From an uncultured Gemmatimonadales bacterium (GTDB lineage: Bacteria > Gemmatimonadota > Gemmatimonadetes > Gemmatimonadales > GWC2-71-9), in assembly GCA_963695555.1 (NCBI GenBank), contig CAVOGR010000004.1, positions 1 through 64,000 on the forward strand: a stretch of 64,000 nt of DNA. The letters are read 5' to 3'. Below the pieces are notes generated by a model that ran no database searches, was not told the DNA's origin, and saw only the letters and a list, made by a program, of their open reading frames with translations. The first letter of the stretch is position 1. The number at the start of each line of letters is the position of its first letter. Position numbers and translations under genes: made by a program. This document shows, piece after piece, positions 20,157-29,382 of this stretch.

Positions 20157-20176
20157 TTTGTGAACTGATTCACAAA
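20157..20176. promoter_or_regulatory. Rex-type operator TTTGTGAA-CTGA-TTCACAAA overlapping a -10-like TATCTT
   Basis: Perfect palindrome matching the Rex consensus TTGTGAA-N4-TTCACAA, 30 bp upstream of the cytochrome c ATG. Confidence 0.75.
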
Positions 20177-20206
20177 CCGAGTATCCGTTCTGGAGGACTG
20201 AATTTC

Positions 20207-20707
20207 ATGCGCATCAAGTTCTTGGCTCTTGGTTTCATGTTGGTCGGTGCGGCATGTGGTGGCGGCGGTGAGCGTCCGGCCCAGCAAGAGGCCGCGCAAG
20301 GCACGCCGGCCGCGACACCGGCTGCAGTTCCGACGGCAGACGCGGGCGAGCAGGTGTATAACAACGTCTGCGTCGTTTGTCACCAGCCGGGTGGTACGGG
20401 GATGCAGGGCGCATTCCCACCGCTTGCAGGGTCGGCCGTGGCAATAGGGGATCCTGCAGTACCGATTCGTATCGTGCTGCATGGCTTGAGTGGCGAGATG
20501 ACCCGGGGTGGCGCGACCTACAACGGCGTGATGACGCCATGGGGCAGCCAGCTCTCGGATGCGGATGTCGCAAACGTCCTGACGTACACTCGCTCATCCT
20601 GGGGCAACAGCGCGCCAGCGGTGACTGAGGCGCAAGTCGCCGAGGTTCGGGCTGCGACCAAGGCCCGTGCCCAACCGTTCACCACGACCGAGCTGGGAAT
20701 CAAGTAA
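20207..20707 (+). CDS. Monoheme cytochrome c lipoprotein
   Basis: GGAGG RBS; lipobox GAAC; Ala/Pro linker; CVVCH; FPPLAGS; YNGVM; TYTRSSWGN. Confidence 0.92.
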   Translation: MRIKFLALGFMLVGAACGGGGERPAQQEAAQGTPAATPAAVPTADAGEQVYNNVCVVCHQPGGTGMQGAFPPLAGSAVAIGDPAVPIRIVLHGLSGEMTRGGATYNGVMTPWGSQLSDADVANVLTYTRSSWGNSAPAVTEAQVAEVRAATKARAQPFTTTELGIK

Positions 20708-20731
20708 GGACCGGAAACGGCCAGGGTGCAG

Positions 20732-21178
20732 ATGATTCGTCTGGCCGCGTCACTGGCCATCCTGGCGCTTTCGCTGGCGGGTTGCGGCAAGGAGCCTGCC
20801 TCGCAGGTGGACGGTTCGTCCCGCGCTGCAGCGACGGCGGGGGGGGTTCACGACGTCGATATGGTGTTCGACGGCTCGAGCTATCACTTCGTGCCTCGCG
20901 ACCTGACCATTCGAGCGGGCGACATTGTGCGGTTCCACAACAGAAGCGGCGGGCCTCACAATGTGTCGTTCTGGCCTGACAGCATCCCAACAGGAGCCGC
21001 TGGGGTGCTGCAGGATGCCATGTCGAATCAGATGAGCCCACTGGTTGGTGAGATGGTAATCACCCCCGATGAGACCTACGAAATCTCATTCGGCGGGGCC
21101 CCGGCCGGTATCTACAAGTACTACTGCCTCCCCCACCTCCAGCTCGGAATGGTGGGTGTGCTGACCGTGGAGTCGTAG
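20732..21178 (+). CDS. Plastocyanin/azurin-family blue copper lipoprotein
   Basis: Lipobox LAGC; PHNVSF and YYCLPHLQLGMVG supply His/Cys/His/Met type-1 Cu ligands. Confidence 0.92.
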   Translation: MIRLAASLAILALSLAGCGKEPASQVDGSSRAAATAGGVHDVDMVFDGSSYHFVPRDLTIRAGDIVRFHNRSGGPHNVSFWPDSIPTGAAGVLQDAMSNQMSPLVGEMVITPDETYEISFGGAPAGIYKYYCLPHLQLGMVGVLTVES

Positions 21179-21204
21179 CCGAGGGCGACAGGGACGAAGG
21201 GTCG

Positions 21205-22101
21205 TCACACATGAGCGCTCGTCACCGAATCCGGCGACGGGCGCTCGTGTTGCGTCCGGGAGCCGAGCGAGGTTGCCCAGGCGACTAAGCCGATGACTCC
21301 GGCAACCAGCACTCCGGCTAGAACGTCTACGGCGTAGTGCATCTGAGTGTAGATCACGCCCACGGTCAGGAGCGCCGTGGGCAAGAGCATCCCGAGCCCC
21401 AAGCGTGGAGCGCCTTGAAACGCGGCGATGGTCGCGATGACGGTTGCCGCCACGTGCGAGGACGGGAACGCCGCGCCGAACGAGCTGCCCTCGGCCAAGG
21501 TGGCGTAGACCAACCGTGCCGGGAGATTGTCGATGAAGCCCGTGTCGGGGCGTGCGAACTCGTAGTAGGGTCCCGCCACCGGAAAGAAGATGAACGCGAG
21601 GTAGCAAGCCAGGAAGGCCGCCATCACGAGAAACACCGTTCGGCGCACGTTCTTCCAGTCACGGCGCCATGCGAAGTAGGCCACGGGCAGGGGGACGAGC
21701 ACGTAGTACGACAGGTAGGCGCCGTGCAGGACCGACGACCACCCGGCGCTCGGCGCGGCCTTCCACCACTCACGGCTCACCTGCAGACCGAACAGGCCCT
21801 GCTCCCATGCCTGGACCGTCCGATCGTGGGTTGCGGCGGCTCCACCGCCGTTCAACAGGTCGAGCGAGGCATACAGGGCGAGCAAGAGCAGGAGAGGGTA
21901 CACCTCCCGAATCAGGCTGCCCACGCCCCTCCCTGTTGGGCGGATGAGGAGCAGGATGAGGACTGCAATGAGACTGTTGGCCGCCACGACTCCGATGGCA
22001 CGCGGGTAGGCCGGCATGCGCACGAATGCCACTGCAGTGGTGATCCCGAGGTACGCGAACAGGAGGAGATCGACCGGGAGAAACCTTCGGGTCACAGCCA
22101 T
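21205..22101 (-). CDS. PAP2-superfamily membrane phosphotransferase, Aur1/inositol-phosphorylceramide-synthase-like
   Basis: Polytopic; FPVAGP, AAFPSSHVA, IYTQMHYAVDVLAG motifs; lacks the KxxxxxxRP motif of PAP2 phosphatases. Confidence 0.8.
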   Translation of the reverse strand: MAVTRRFLPVDLLLFAYLGITTAVAFVRMPAYPRAIGVVAANSLIAVLILLLIRPTGRGVGSLIREVYPLLLLLALYASLDLLNGGGAAATHDRTVQAWEQGLFGLQVSREWWKAAPSAGWSSVLHGAYLSYYVLVPLPVAYFAWRRDWKNVRRTVFLVMAAFLACYLAFIFFPVAGPYYEFARPDTGFIDNLPARLVYATLAEGSSFGAAFPSSHVAATVIATIAAFQGAPRLGLGMLLPTALLTVGVIYTQMHYAVDVLAGVLVAGVIGLVAWATSLGSRTQHERPSPDSVTSAHV

Positions 22102-23060
22102 CCTGCGTTGCGGTACCAGGCGCGGTGTCCGACAGTCCCGTCCCGAGATCGTGCGTCGCGTGCCACCCCGTGTCGCGCGTCAACGAGTCGGGATCCGCGG
22201 TCCACGCCGGCTGGAAGAACTCATTCGCCTTATCCGGATTGAGCACGGTCGCTCGGCCGGCCAGCCCGGCGATTGCGGCCGTCACGCCGAGCAGTGGCCG
22301 GGCCAAGCCTGCCGGCAGACGAAGCGGCCGCACCCGTTTGCCGAGTGCGCGTCCGATGTGCCCGATCAGCTCCGCGCTGGTGAACAGGGGCTGGGTGGCA
22401 GGCGTAGTATGTGTGACCGATCGCTTGGCGTGTCTCGGCTACCGCGACCAGGGCCTCGGCCAGGTCCGGGCCGTACACTGCGGACAGTTCCTGCTGTCCG
22501 GACCCGAACACCGGCGCGATCCCAAGCCGAGCCACTTTAAACAACTTGAGCACTTCGCGGTCCCGGGGGCCGTACACGATAGGTGGTCGGACGATGGTCC
22601 AGTCGAGCGCGGTGTTCCGCACCGCGTCTTCCGCCGCCAGCTTGCTGCGGCCGTACGCGGTAACCGGATGCGGTGCCTCAGACCCGCGAAGCGGCTGGCC
22701 CGGCCGGCTTGGCCCGGCGGCCGCGAGGGATGACACCAAGACAAATCGACCGACCGCGGCATCGCGGGCGGCCGCGAGCAGGTTCACGGTGCCTTCCCGG
22801 TTGGCCCGATCGAAGTCCGCCTCGCGTCGTGCCGCAATGAGGCCGGCAACGTGGAAGACGATGTCCTGTTCCTTTGTAGCGGCCGCGAGCGCGCTCGCAT
22901 CGTGCAGATCGCCAACGACGAGCCGGAGGCCGAGCTTCGCGATCGGCGCAGCCCGCCGTTCGGACCGGACAAGCGCCGTGATCTCATGTCCGCGGTGATG
23001 CAGGGCTTCGATCAGGTGGTGTCCGACGAACCCCGTGCCGCCGGTGACCAGCACTTTCAT
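22092..23060 (-). CDS. Extended SDR/NAD-dependent epimerase family, candidate ceramide reductase (CerR-like); 2 frameshifts
   Basis: MKVLVTGGTGFVG, VSSLAAAGP, YGRSK, RPPIVYGPRD. Continues in another frame after about 22390 and again after about 22120 to WYRNAGWL-stop. ATGA overlap with the GNAT gene. Confidence 0.82.
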
Positions 23061-24181
23061 ACCGGGCGGTCGTACAGGCGGTATGTCTTGTAGCGGATGA
23101 AGCCGATCTTCTCCATCGCTGCGTTCATGGGTGGGTTGTCCTCCAGAATCCAGCCCGCCTCGCCCCACCGGATGTTCATCGCGTGCCCGTGGGTCCACAT
23201 CCAGTTGTAGAGCATGGCGTCGATCCCGTTGCCCTGGAAGTCCGGGTGGACCCCGAGGAGGAGGATCCGAACCCGTGAAATGCGACGCCGGCGAATGTTC
23301 CACAAGAGCTTGAGCGCGGCCGGGAACATTCTTCCGCTGCGGTTGCCGCGCAGCACTTCGTTGAGGTCGGGGATTGCAATCCCGAAGGCAATGACCTGAC
23401 CGTCCTTCTCGACGAACGGCACGAGCTCGGGAACCACGACGGGCTTGAATTGCGTCGCGAGGTGATTGATCTCCCGCTCGGTCATGGGAACGAAGCCCCA
23501 GTTCACCTCCCACCCGTCGTTGTAGATGCGCTTGATGCTCTCCACATCCTCGTCGAACCGGGCCATGTCGATCGCGCGGACCGTGAGGCCCAGGCGCCGT
23601 TGAACCAGGTCGGCGCCCCGGGCTAATCGGCGGCCGAGTGGATCATCCGGGGCGGGGCCGTGCCCGTAATACACGAAAAGATCCTTGGCCTTCCGGAAGC
23701 CGGCCTGTTCCAGCAACGCGGCGTAAAACGGCGGGTTGTGAGGCATCATGATCGTCGGCGGGGTGTCGAATCCTTCGACGAGCAAGCCGCATTCATCGTT
23801 CACGGAGAACGACGTCGGGCCCCGCATGGTGTCACAGTCGCGTTCCTGGAGCCAATCGGCGGCGGTGGCGGTAAGGGCCGCGACAATCAGCGGATCGTTG
23901 ACGGTCTCGAAGAAACCGAAGAACCCGACGCGGTCGTGGTGGGTTTGGTTGTGGAGGTGATTGACGATGGCGGCAATTCGTCCGACGACGCGTCCGTCGC
24001 GTTCCGCCAGGAAGTACCCGGCCTCTCCGTGATCGAAGAACGGGTTCTTGCTCCTGGACAACAATGCCTGGACGTCCCGCCGGAGTGGTGGGGCCCACAA
24101 GGCGTCATCGGCGTAGTGCCGATACGGGAAATCGATAAAGGCCTTGAGGTCGCGGGACGTCCGGACCGGTCGTACGTGCAC
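23057..24181 (-). CDS. GNAT-fold N-acyltransferase, bacterial ceramide synthase-like
   Basis: VGRIAA...HN, GFFGFFE, GPTSFSVNDECGLLVEGFD, MMPHNPPFY, NWGFVP, WILEDN, YKTYRLY; directly downstream of spt. Confidence 0.82.
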   Translation of the reverse strand: MHVRPVRTSRDLKAFIDFPYRHYADDALWAPPLRRDVQALLSRSKNPFFDHGEAGYFLAERDGRVVGRIAAIVNHLHNQTHHDRVGFFGFFETVNDPLIVAALTATAADWLQERDCDTMRGPTSFSVNDECGLLVEGFDTPPTIMMPHNPPFYAALLEQAGFRKAKDLFVYYGHGPAPDDPLGRRLARGADLVQRRLGLTVRAIDMARFDEDVESIKRIYNDGWEVNWGFVPMTEREINHLATQFKPVVVPELVPFVEKDGQVIAFGIAIPDLNEVLRGNRSGRMFPAALKLLWNIRRRRISRVRILLLGVHPDFQGNGIDAMLYNWMWTHGHAMNIRWGEAGWILEDNPPMNAAMEKIGFIRYKTYRLYDRPV

Positions 24182-24184
24182 GTG

Positions 24185-25390
24185 CTATATGACGCCCAGT
24201 TCGCGGCCGATCTTCGCAAACGTCTCGAGGCAGTAGTCGATTTGATCGGGCGTGTGCGTGGCCATCAAGCTCGTGCGGAGCCGGCACTCGGTGGCGGCCA
24301 CGGCCGGCGGGGCCACCGGATTGGTGAAGACTCCGGCATCGTACACCTTCCGCCAGAACATGAACGTCCGTTCCATCGAGCCGATGAGGACCGGAACGAT
24401 CGGCGTCTGGGTCGGACCGATGTCAAACCCGAGGCTCCGGAATCCGTCCTGCAGTCGGTGGGTATTCTCCCAGAGCCGAGCCCGGCGCTCCGGCTCCGAT
24501 TGCAGCACTTCCAGGGCGGCGAGTACGCCGGCGGTGTTGGCCGGTGGCAGGGACGCGGTGAACATGAGCGGCCGGCTATGGTGGCGCAGGAAATGGGTGA
24601 CGCTTTCCGGAGCCGCGACGAACCCACCGATCGATGCGAGTGACTTGGAGAAGGTGCCGGCAATGAGGTCGACTTCGTCGGAGAGTCCAAAATGAGCGGC
24701 CGTCCCATCACCCTTGGGTCCGAGCACGCCCAGCGAATGGGCGTCATCGACGGCCAGGGCGGCACCGAACTTCCGGGCGATCTGAAGCAGGCCCGGGACG
24801 TCGGCGATGTCACCTTCCATGGAGTACACGCCGTCCACGATGATCAGCGCCGCGCGATCGCCCAAATCCCGCTCCATCTTCGATTCCAGGCTGGGAAGGT
24901 TGTTGTGCCTGAATCGGACCGTCTCGCCGTAACTCAACTTTGCTCCATCGACGATGGAGGCGTGGTCCAGTTTATCGAGATACACGACGTCATTTCGGGA
25001 CACGAGTCCCGCGATCAAGCCGAGGTTCGCACTGTACCCGGTGGAGAAGACGAGGCAGGATTCCTTGCCGAGGAACTCGGCGATGGCCTGCTCCAGCTGT
25101 CCGTGCAGGTCGAGCGTGCCGTTCAGGAATCGGCTGCCCGTACAGCCCGAGCCGTATCGTTTGAGGGCGCGCTCCGCCGCCTCGAGGACCTTGGGGTGGT
25201 GCGTGAGCCCCAAGTAGTTGTTGGAGCCCAGCATGATCCGCTTCTTGCCCTCAATCGTGACGACCGTGTCTTCCGATTCGGAGATGGGCTTGAAATACGG
25301 ATAGAGGCCGGCTGCCTCGACCTCGCGGGCCTTGGTGAACTGCCTGCACTTTTCAAACAACGCGACTTGTTGCAGTGTTGGGCTCGTCAC
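24185..25390 (-). CDS. spt: Serine palmitoyltransferase (PLP-dependent alpha-oxoamine synthase)
   Basis: GLYPYFKPI N-terminus, GSNNYLGL, GSRFLNGTLDLH, DHASIVDG, SMEGD, DDAHSLG, GTFSKSLAS (PLP Lys), SLMATH; resembles Bacteroidota SPTs. GTG start after GAGGG. Confidence 0.85.
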   Translation of the reverse strand: MTSPTLQQVALFEKCRQFTKAREVEAAGLYPYFKPISESEDTVVTIEGKKRIMLGSNNYLGLTHHPKVLEAAERALKRYGSGCTGSRFLNGTLDLHGQLEQAIAEFLGKESCLVFSTGYSANLGLIAGLVSRNDVVYLDKLDHASIVDGAKLSYGETVRFRHNNLPSLESKMERDLGDRAALIIVDGVYSMEGDIADVPGLLQIARKFGAALAVDDAHSLGVLGPKGDGTAAHFGLSDEVDLIAGTFSKSLASIGGFVAAPESVTHFLRHHSRPLMFTASLPPANTAGVLAALEVLQSEPERRARLWENTHRLQDGFRSLGFDIGPTQTPIVPVLIGSMERTFMFWRKVYDAGVFTNPVAPPAVAATECRLRTSLMATHTPDQIDYCLETFAKIGRELGVI

Positions 25391-25711
25391 GTTCCCTCGA
25401 GAATGAGCTGGATATGCAACCAATAAGGGCCCTATGTAGCAAGGACGCATCAAGTTACCGAGAGGGCCCCTCCCACACAAGACGCAAGACGGATTCCAGG
25501 GACGAGGGCCGAAAAGGAGTACTACTGGACGGCCCCCATCGGTCCGACCTCGTTCGCCGGTAATCCACAGCTATTACGATGCTTAGGCGCCAGGAACCGG
25601 GTCGAACAGGCCCGAGTCAGGAGGCGCGGGCGTCTACCCCGGTCTGGGGCGCTATGGGGTACCTGGGGGGGGTGCTATCTTGGGTACCGGTCAGGCAGCA
25701 CGGACACAGAC

Positions 25712-25784
25712 GGGGCGTTAGCTCAGCTGGGAGAGCACTGCCTTTGCAAGGCAGGGGTCGCGGGTTCGAATCCCGCACGCTCCA
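25712..25784 (+). tRNA. tRNA-Ala (TGC), CCA not encoded
   Basis: GGGGCGT/ACGCTCC acceptor stem with G3:U70; anticodon arm CTGCC-TTTGCAA-GGCAG; GGTTCGAATCC T arm. Confidence 0.97.
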
Positions 25785-25842
25785 TGAGGTCAAACACCCG
25801 CCTACGGCCTCGGCCGGGGACTGCGCGTCGACTGGCCCAGCG

Positions 25843-25871
25843 TTGACCCTCAGCACCGGGGCGTCCATAAT
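25843..25871 (+). promoter_or_regulatory. Sigma70-type promoter for sodA
   Basis: TTGACC-N17-CATAAT upstream of an AAGGAG RBS. Confidence 0.6.
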
Positions 25872-25944
25872 TCCGCCCTGATCCCGCCCCCACGCTTACC
25901 TGCACAACCACTCGGCCCGCCCGAGTTCAGCAAGGAGTCGACTG

Positions 25945-26556
25945 ATGCCATTCACCCTTCCGCCCCTGCCGTACGCCTATGATGCCCTGAAGCCGCACAT
26001 CGACGAGCGGACGATGCAGATCCATCACGACAAGCACCACGCCGGCTACGTCAACAACCTGAACGTGGCACTCGAGCCCCACCCACAGCTCGCCGCAAAA
26101 TCTCTCGACGACTTGCTCGGGAATCTTTCAGCCGTGCCCGAGGCGATCCGCACGGCGGTTCGAAACAACGGTGGCGGACACGCCAATCATTCGCTCTTTT
26201 GGGGAATCATGATGCCGGGGGGCGCCAAGGCGCCGGACGGTCGGCTTGCCGATGCCATCACCAAGGCTTTCGGGGGAGTCGACGAAATGAAGGCGGCATT
26301 TGGCACGGCGGCGCTGACGCGCTTCGGTAGCGGCTGGGCCTGGCTGTGCGTCGATGCGTCGGGAAAGCTGACGGTCGAGAGTACTCCCAACCAGGATACC
26401 CCGGTAATGGAGGGCCGCACGCCAGTGCTCGGCTGTGATGTCTGGGAACACGCGTATTACCTCCACTACCAGAATCGCCGTGCCGACTACGTTGCGGCAT
26501 GGTGGAACGTGGTCAACTGGACCGAAGTGGCGAAGCGGTACCAGGCTGCCAGCTGA
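25945..26556 (+). CDS. sodA: Superoxide dismutase, Mn-type signature
   Basis: [33 protein letters not shown]. Confidence 0.96.
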   Translation: MPFTLPPLPYAYDALKPHIDERTMQIHHDKHHAGYVNNLNVALEPHPQLAAKSLDDLLGNLSAVPEAIRTAVRNNGGGHANHSLFWGIMMPGGAKAPDGRLADAITKAFGGVDEMKAAFGTAALTRFGSGWAWLCVDASGKLTVESTPNQDTPVMEGRTPVLGCDVWEHAYYLHYQNRRADYVAAWWNVVNWTEVAKRYQAAS

Positions 26557-26596
26557 GCCGTCCAGCCCACGACACGCGCCCTCCCGAGAACCGTTG

Positions 26597-27055
26597 ATGT
26601 CCTCGCCCGCCGTGGGGTCAGCTGCTCCGGATTTCACGCTTGCCTCGACGTCCGGAGCCGATGTGACCCTTTCGTCACTGCGAGGGAACCGTGTGCTCAT
26701 CGCCTTCTTCCCGCTCGCGTTCACCGGGGTGTGTACGGCGGAGATGTGCGCCTTTTCCGACCACTACGATCGCTTTCAGGAGGCCGGGACGGTGGTTCTT
26801 CCCATCAGTGTCGATTCCATTCCGACCCTGAAGGAGTTCAAGAGGAAGGAAGGGATGACGGTCGATCTGTTGAGCGACTTCAAGCGCGAGGTAAGCCGTC
26901 GGTACGGAACGTTGTTGGAGGAAGCATCCCTTTCCCGGCGGGCGTACTTCCTTCTCGATCGGAAGGGAATCGTCCGGTGGTTTCACCTCGAGGCGGAGCT
27001 GGGGCACTCGCGACCGGTCGACGAGTTGCTGAGCCGCATCGGCGAGCTTTCCTGA
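26597..27055 (+). CDS. Peroxiredoxin (AhpE/BCP-like)
   Basis: APDFTL, FFPLAFTGVCTAEMC (PxxxTxxC), ISVDS, LLSDF. Confidence 0.9.
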   Translation: MSSPAVGSAAPDFTLASTSGADVTLSSLRGNRVLIAFFPLAFTGVCTAEMCAFSDHYDRFQEAGTVVLPISVDSIPTLKEFKRKEGMTVDLLSDFKREVSRRYGTLLEEASLSRRAYFLLDRKGIVRWFHLEAELGHSRPVDELLSRIGELS

Positions 27056-27168
27056 AGGATGAGCCACGGCGTCCGCGCCTTACGCGTGAGGTCGGTACCC
27101 TGCGGAGAGGGACGGATCCCGGGCCGATGAACGGCGACGTGTTCTCTCAGAGAAGGTAGATTCCTGTC

Positions 27169-28716
27169 ATGTCCTCGGAGTCTGCCGGCGCTCACACCGG
27201 CCTGACGGTGGTCGGGGCTGTCGCGCGACTGCTCTCGAGCGGCCTCGGCGTGGAGGAGGCCGTGGCGGCGGCGGCCACGCTCATGCACGAACGCCTGCCA
27301 CTCGAGCGTATCCGGATTGTGCTCCGACGGCCGCACGAACCGTCGCTCTGGTTGACTATCGCACCCACCCATCTCACGGCGCCGGGCAACGTCACGACCC
27401 TCGAGTCCGTTGAGCCGCTGTCCCCCACTGCCAAGACCTTCGATCTCGTGCACCATGGCGAGCGGCTCGGCATCCTCGAAGCCGAGTTATCCCCGGGCAC
27501 CGAGGGCCACGCGGATCAAGCCCTGACGATCCTGGCGGACCTGCTCGCTCCGTTCGTGGCAGCGATCCAGCTTTCCGAGCACCTGGCCTATGAGGTCGCC
27601 GTCAGAACGCGGGAGGTGGAGGAGCAGCGCCGCTTCACCGGTCTCATCATCGACAGTCTCCCCATTGGTCTCTACGTGGTCGACCGCGATTACCGCATCC
27701 AGATCTGGAATCGGAAGCGGGAAACCGGTACCCAGGGACTCCGGCGAGACGACGTGGTCGGACGTCGCATCTTCGAGGTCTTGACCCGTCAGCCGGCCGA
27801 CCAGTTGAAGGCGGAATTGGATACCGTGTTCGAGAGAGGGCAGATCAGCCAGCTCGAAATTGAAGTTCCGGCGGGCGAAGAATCGCGCTTTTTCCGCATC
27901 AGCAAGATCCCCATGCGGCTCGACGGGGAGCGCGTGTCGCATGTCATTAGCGTGGGCGAGGACGTCACCGAATGGCAGATCGCTCACCAACGGATCCTGC
28001 AAAGCGAAAAATTGGCCGCCATCGGCCAACTGGCGGCTGGGATCATGCACGAGATCAACAATCCTCTGGCGACCATCGGGGCGTGCGCCGCGGCAATCGA
28101 GGGTCGCCTTGGCGAAGTGGCCGGCCCCGCCCGCGGGTCGCTCAAGGAATACGCCGACATCATCGACCATGAGGTCCAGCGATGTACCGCAATCGTCGAT
28201 GGGCTGCTCGACTTCAGCCGTCCCCGGAAAGGTGGAAAGACCAAGACCCCCGCGGACGTCAACGAGCTCGTCGAGAATACCCTGTTCTTGCTGAAGCACC
28301 ACCAGCGATTCAAACGGCTCACGGTGGTGCGCGAGCTGGCACCCGGCCTGCCGTCGGTTGCGGCCAATCCCGAGCAACTGATTCAGGCCTTCATGGCGCT
28401 CATGCTCAACGCCCTCGATGCTATGGAACATCGCGACGGCAGCTTGACGGTCAGGACTCGACAGAACGCACGCGGCGACGAGGTCATGGTGGAATTCGAG
28501 GACACCGGGAGCGGCATCCCTCGCGCCGAGTTGTCGAAGATCTTCGAGCCGTTCTACACCACGAAGCCGCAAGGGCGGGGCACCGGGTTGGGTCTCTCGA
28601 TCTGCTACGGCATCATCGAAGATCACATGGGGCGGCTCGATGTGGAGAGTCACCCCGGGTCAGGGACCATCTTTCGGGTCGTGCTTCCCATCCATGGTAA
28701 GGGCGTGGCAGGGTGA
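27169..28716 (+). CDS. Cytoplasmic PAS sensor histidine kinase (NtrB-like)
   Basis: PAS region; QSEKLAAIGQLAAGIMHEINNPL; DTGSGI, FEPFYTTK, GTGLGL. Confidence 0.93.
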   Translation: MSSESAGAHTGLTVVGAVARLLSSGLGVEEAVAAAATLMHERLPLERIRIVLRRPHEPSLWLTIAPTHLTAPGNVTTLESVEPLSPTAKTFDLVHHGERLGILEAELSPGTEGHADQALTILADLLAPFVAAIQLSEHLAYEVAVRTREVEEQRRFTGLIIDSLPIGLYVVDRDYRIQIWNRKRETGTQGLRRDDVVGRRIFEVLTRQPADQLKAELDTVFERGQISQLEIEVPAGEESRFFRISKIPMRLDGERVSHVISVGEDVTEWQIAHQRILQSEKLAAIGQLAAGIMHEINNPLATIGACAAAIEGRLGEVAGPARGSLKEYADIIDHEVQRCTAIVDGLLDFSRPRKGGKTKTPADVNELVENTLFLLKHHQRFKRLTVVRELAPGLPSVAANPEQLIQAFMALMLNALDAMEHRDGSLTVRTRQNARGDEVMVEFEDTGSGIPRAELSKIFEPFYTTKPQGRGTGLGLSICYGIIEDHMGRLDVESHPGSGTIFRVVLPIHGKGVAG

Positions 28717-29381
28717 AGATCCTGGTTGTTGAGGACGATCCGACCGTCGGCACCTACGTGCAGCGTGGCCTGGAGGAACATGGGCACCACGCCGACTTGG
28801 TCGATGATGGCCTCGAAGGGCTGCGCCTGGCCTCCGGCGGACAGTATGACCTGATCGTTCTGGATCTCAGGCTCCCCACCATGACCGGGCTCGAAGTGCT
28901 TCGGATGCTGCGGGATCGCGGCAAGACGACGCCGATTCTCGTGCTCACGGCACAGGATGCCGTGGACTTCAAAGTTCAGGCGCTTCGGGCCGGCGCCGAC
29001 GATTACGTGACGAAACCGTTCGCCTTCGAGGAATTCCTTGCACGAGTGGAGGCGCTCAGCCGTCGGCCGCAGCAACTCCAACCTCCAACCCTGTCCGTGG
29101 GCGATCTCGAGCTGGACACCGGGACCCATCAGGTCCGGCGTTCAGGTGCGGTGATCGATGTGACACCCAAGGAGTATTCCGTCCTCGAGTACCTCATGCG
29201 GCATGCAGGTCGAGTCATGTCCCGTACCCTCATTACCGAGTATGCCTGGGATTACCACTTCGATCCGGGCACAAACGTGGTCGACGTCGTCATCAATCGC
29301 CTGCGGAAGAAGGTGGATGCCAAACACAAGACCAAGCTGATCCACACCGTTCGCGGCGTGGGATACGTGGTAAAGGAATAG
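28713..29381 (+). CDS. OmpR/CusR-family response regulator
   Basis: ILVVEDD, LDLRLP, GADDYVTKPF, winged helix NVVDVVINRLRKK, TVRGVGY. Confidence 0.95.
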   Translation: MKILVVEDDPTVGTYVQRGLEEHGHHADLVDDGLEGLRLASGGQYDLIVLDLRLPTMTGLEVLRMLRDRGKTTPILVLTAQDAVDFKVQALRAGADDYVTKPFAFEEFLARVEALSRRPQQLQPPTLSVGDLELDTGTHQVRRSGAVIDVTPKEYSVLEYLMRHAGRVMSRTLITEYAWDYHFDPGTNVVDVVINRLRKKVDAKHKTKLIHTVRGVGYVVKE

Positions 29382-29382
29382 C

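Noticed and set aside
24185..25390. Annotation as BioF or Kbl
   Set aside because: No biotin or threonine-catabolism neighbours; the YPYF N-terminus, GSRFLNGT and adjacent cerS/cerR-like genes favour SPT. A phylogeny is still needed.
25712..25860. tRNA-Ala, and tRNA-Leu at 63328, as island integration sites
   Set aside because: No integrase, no duplicated tRNA 3' end seen, and the flanking genes are housekeeping.
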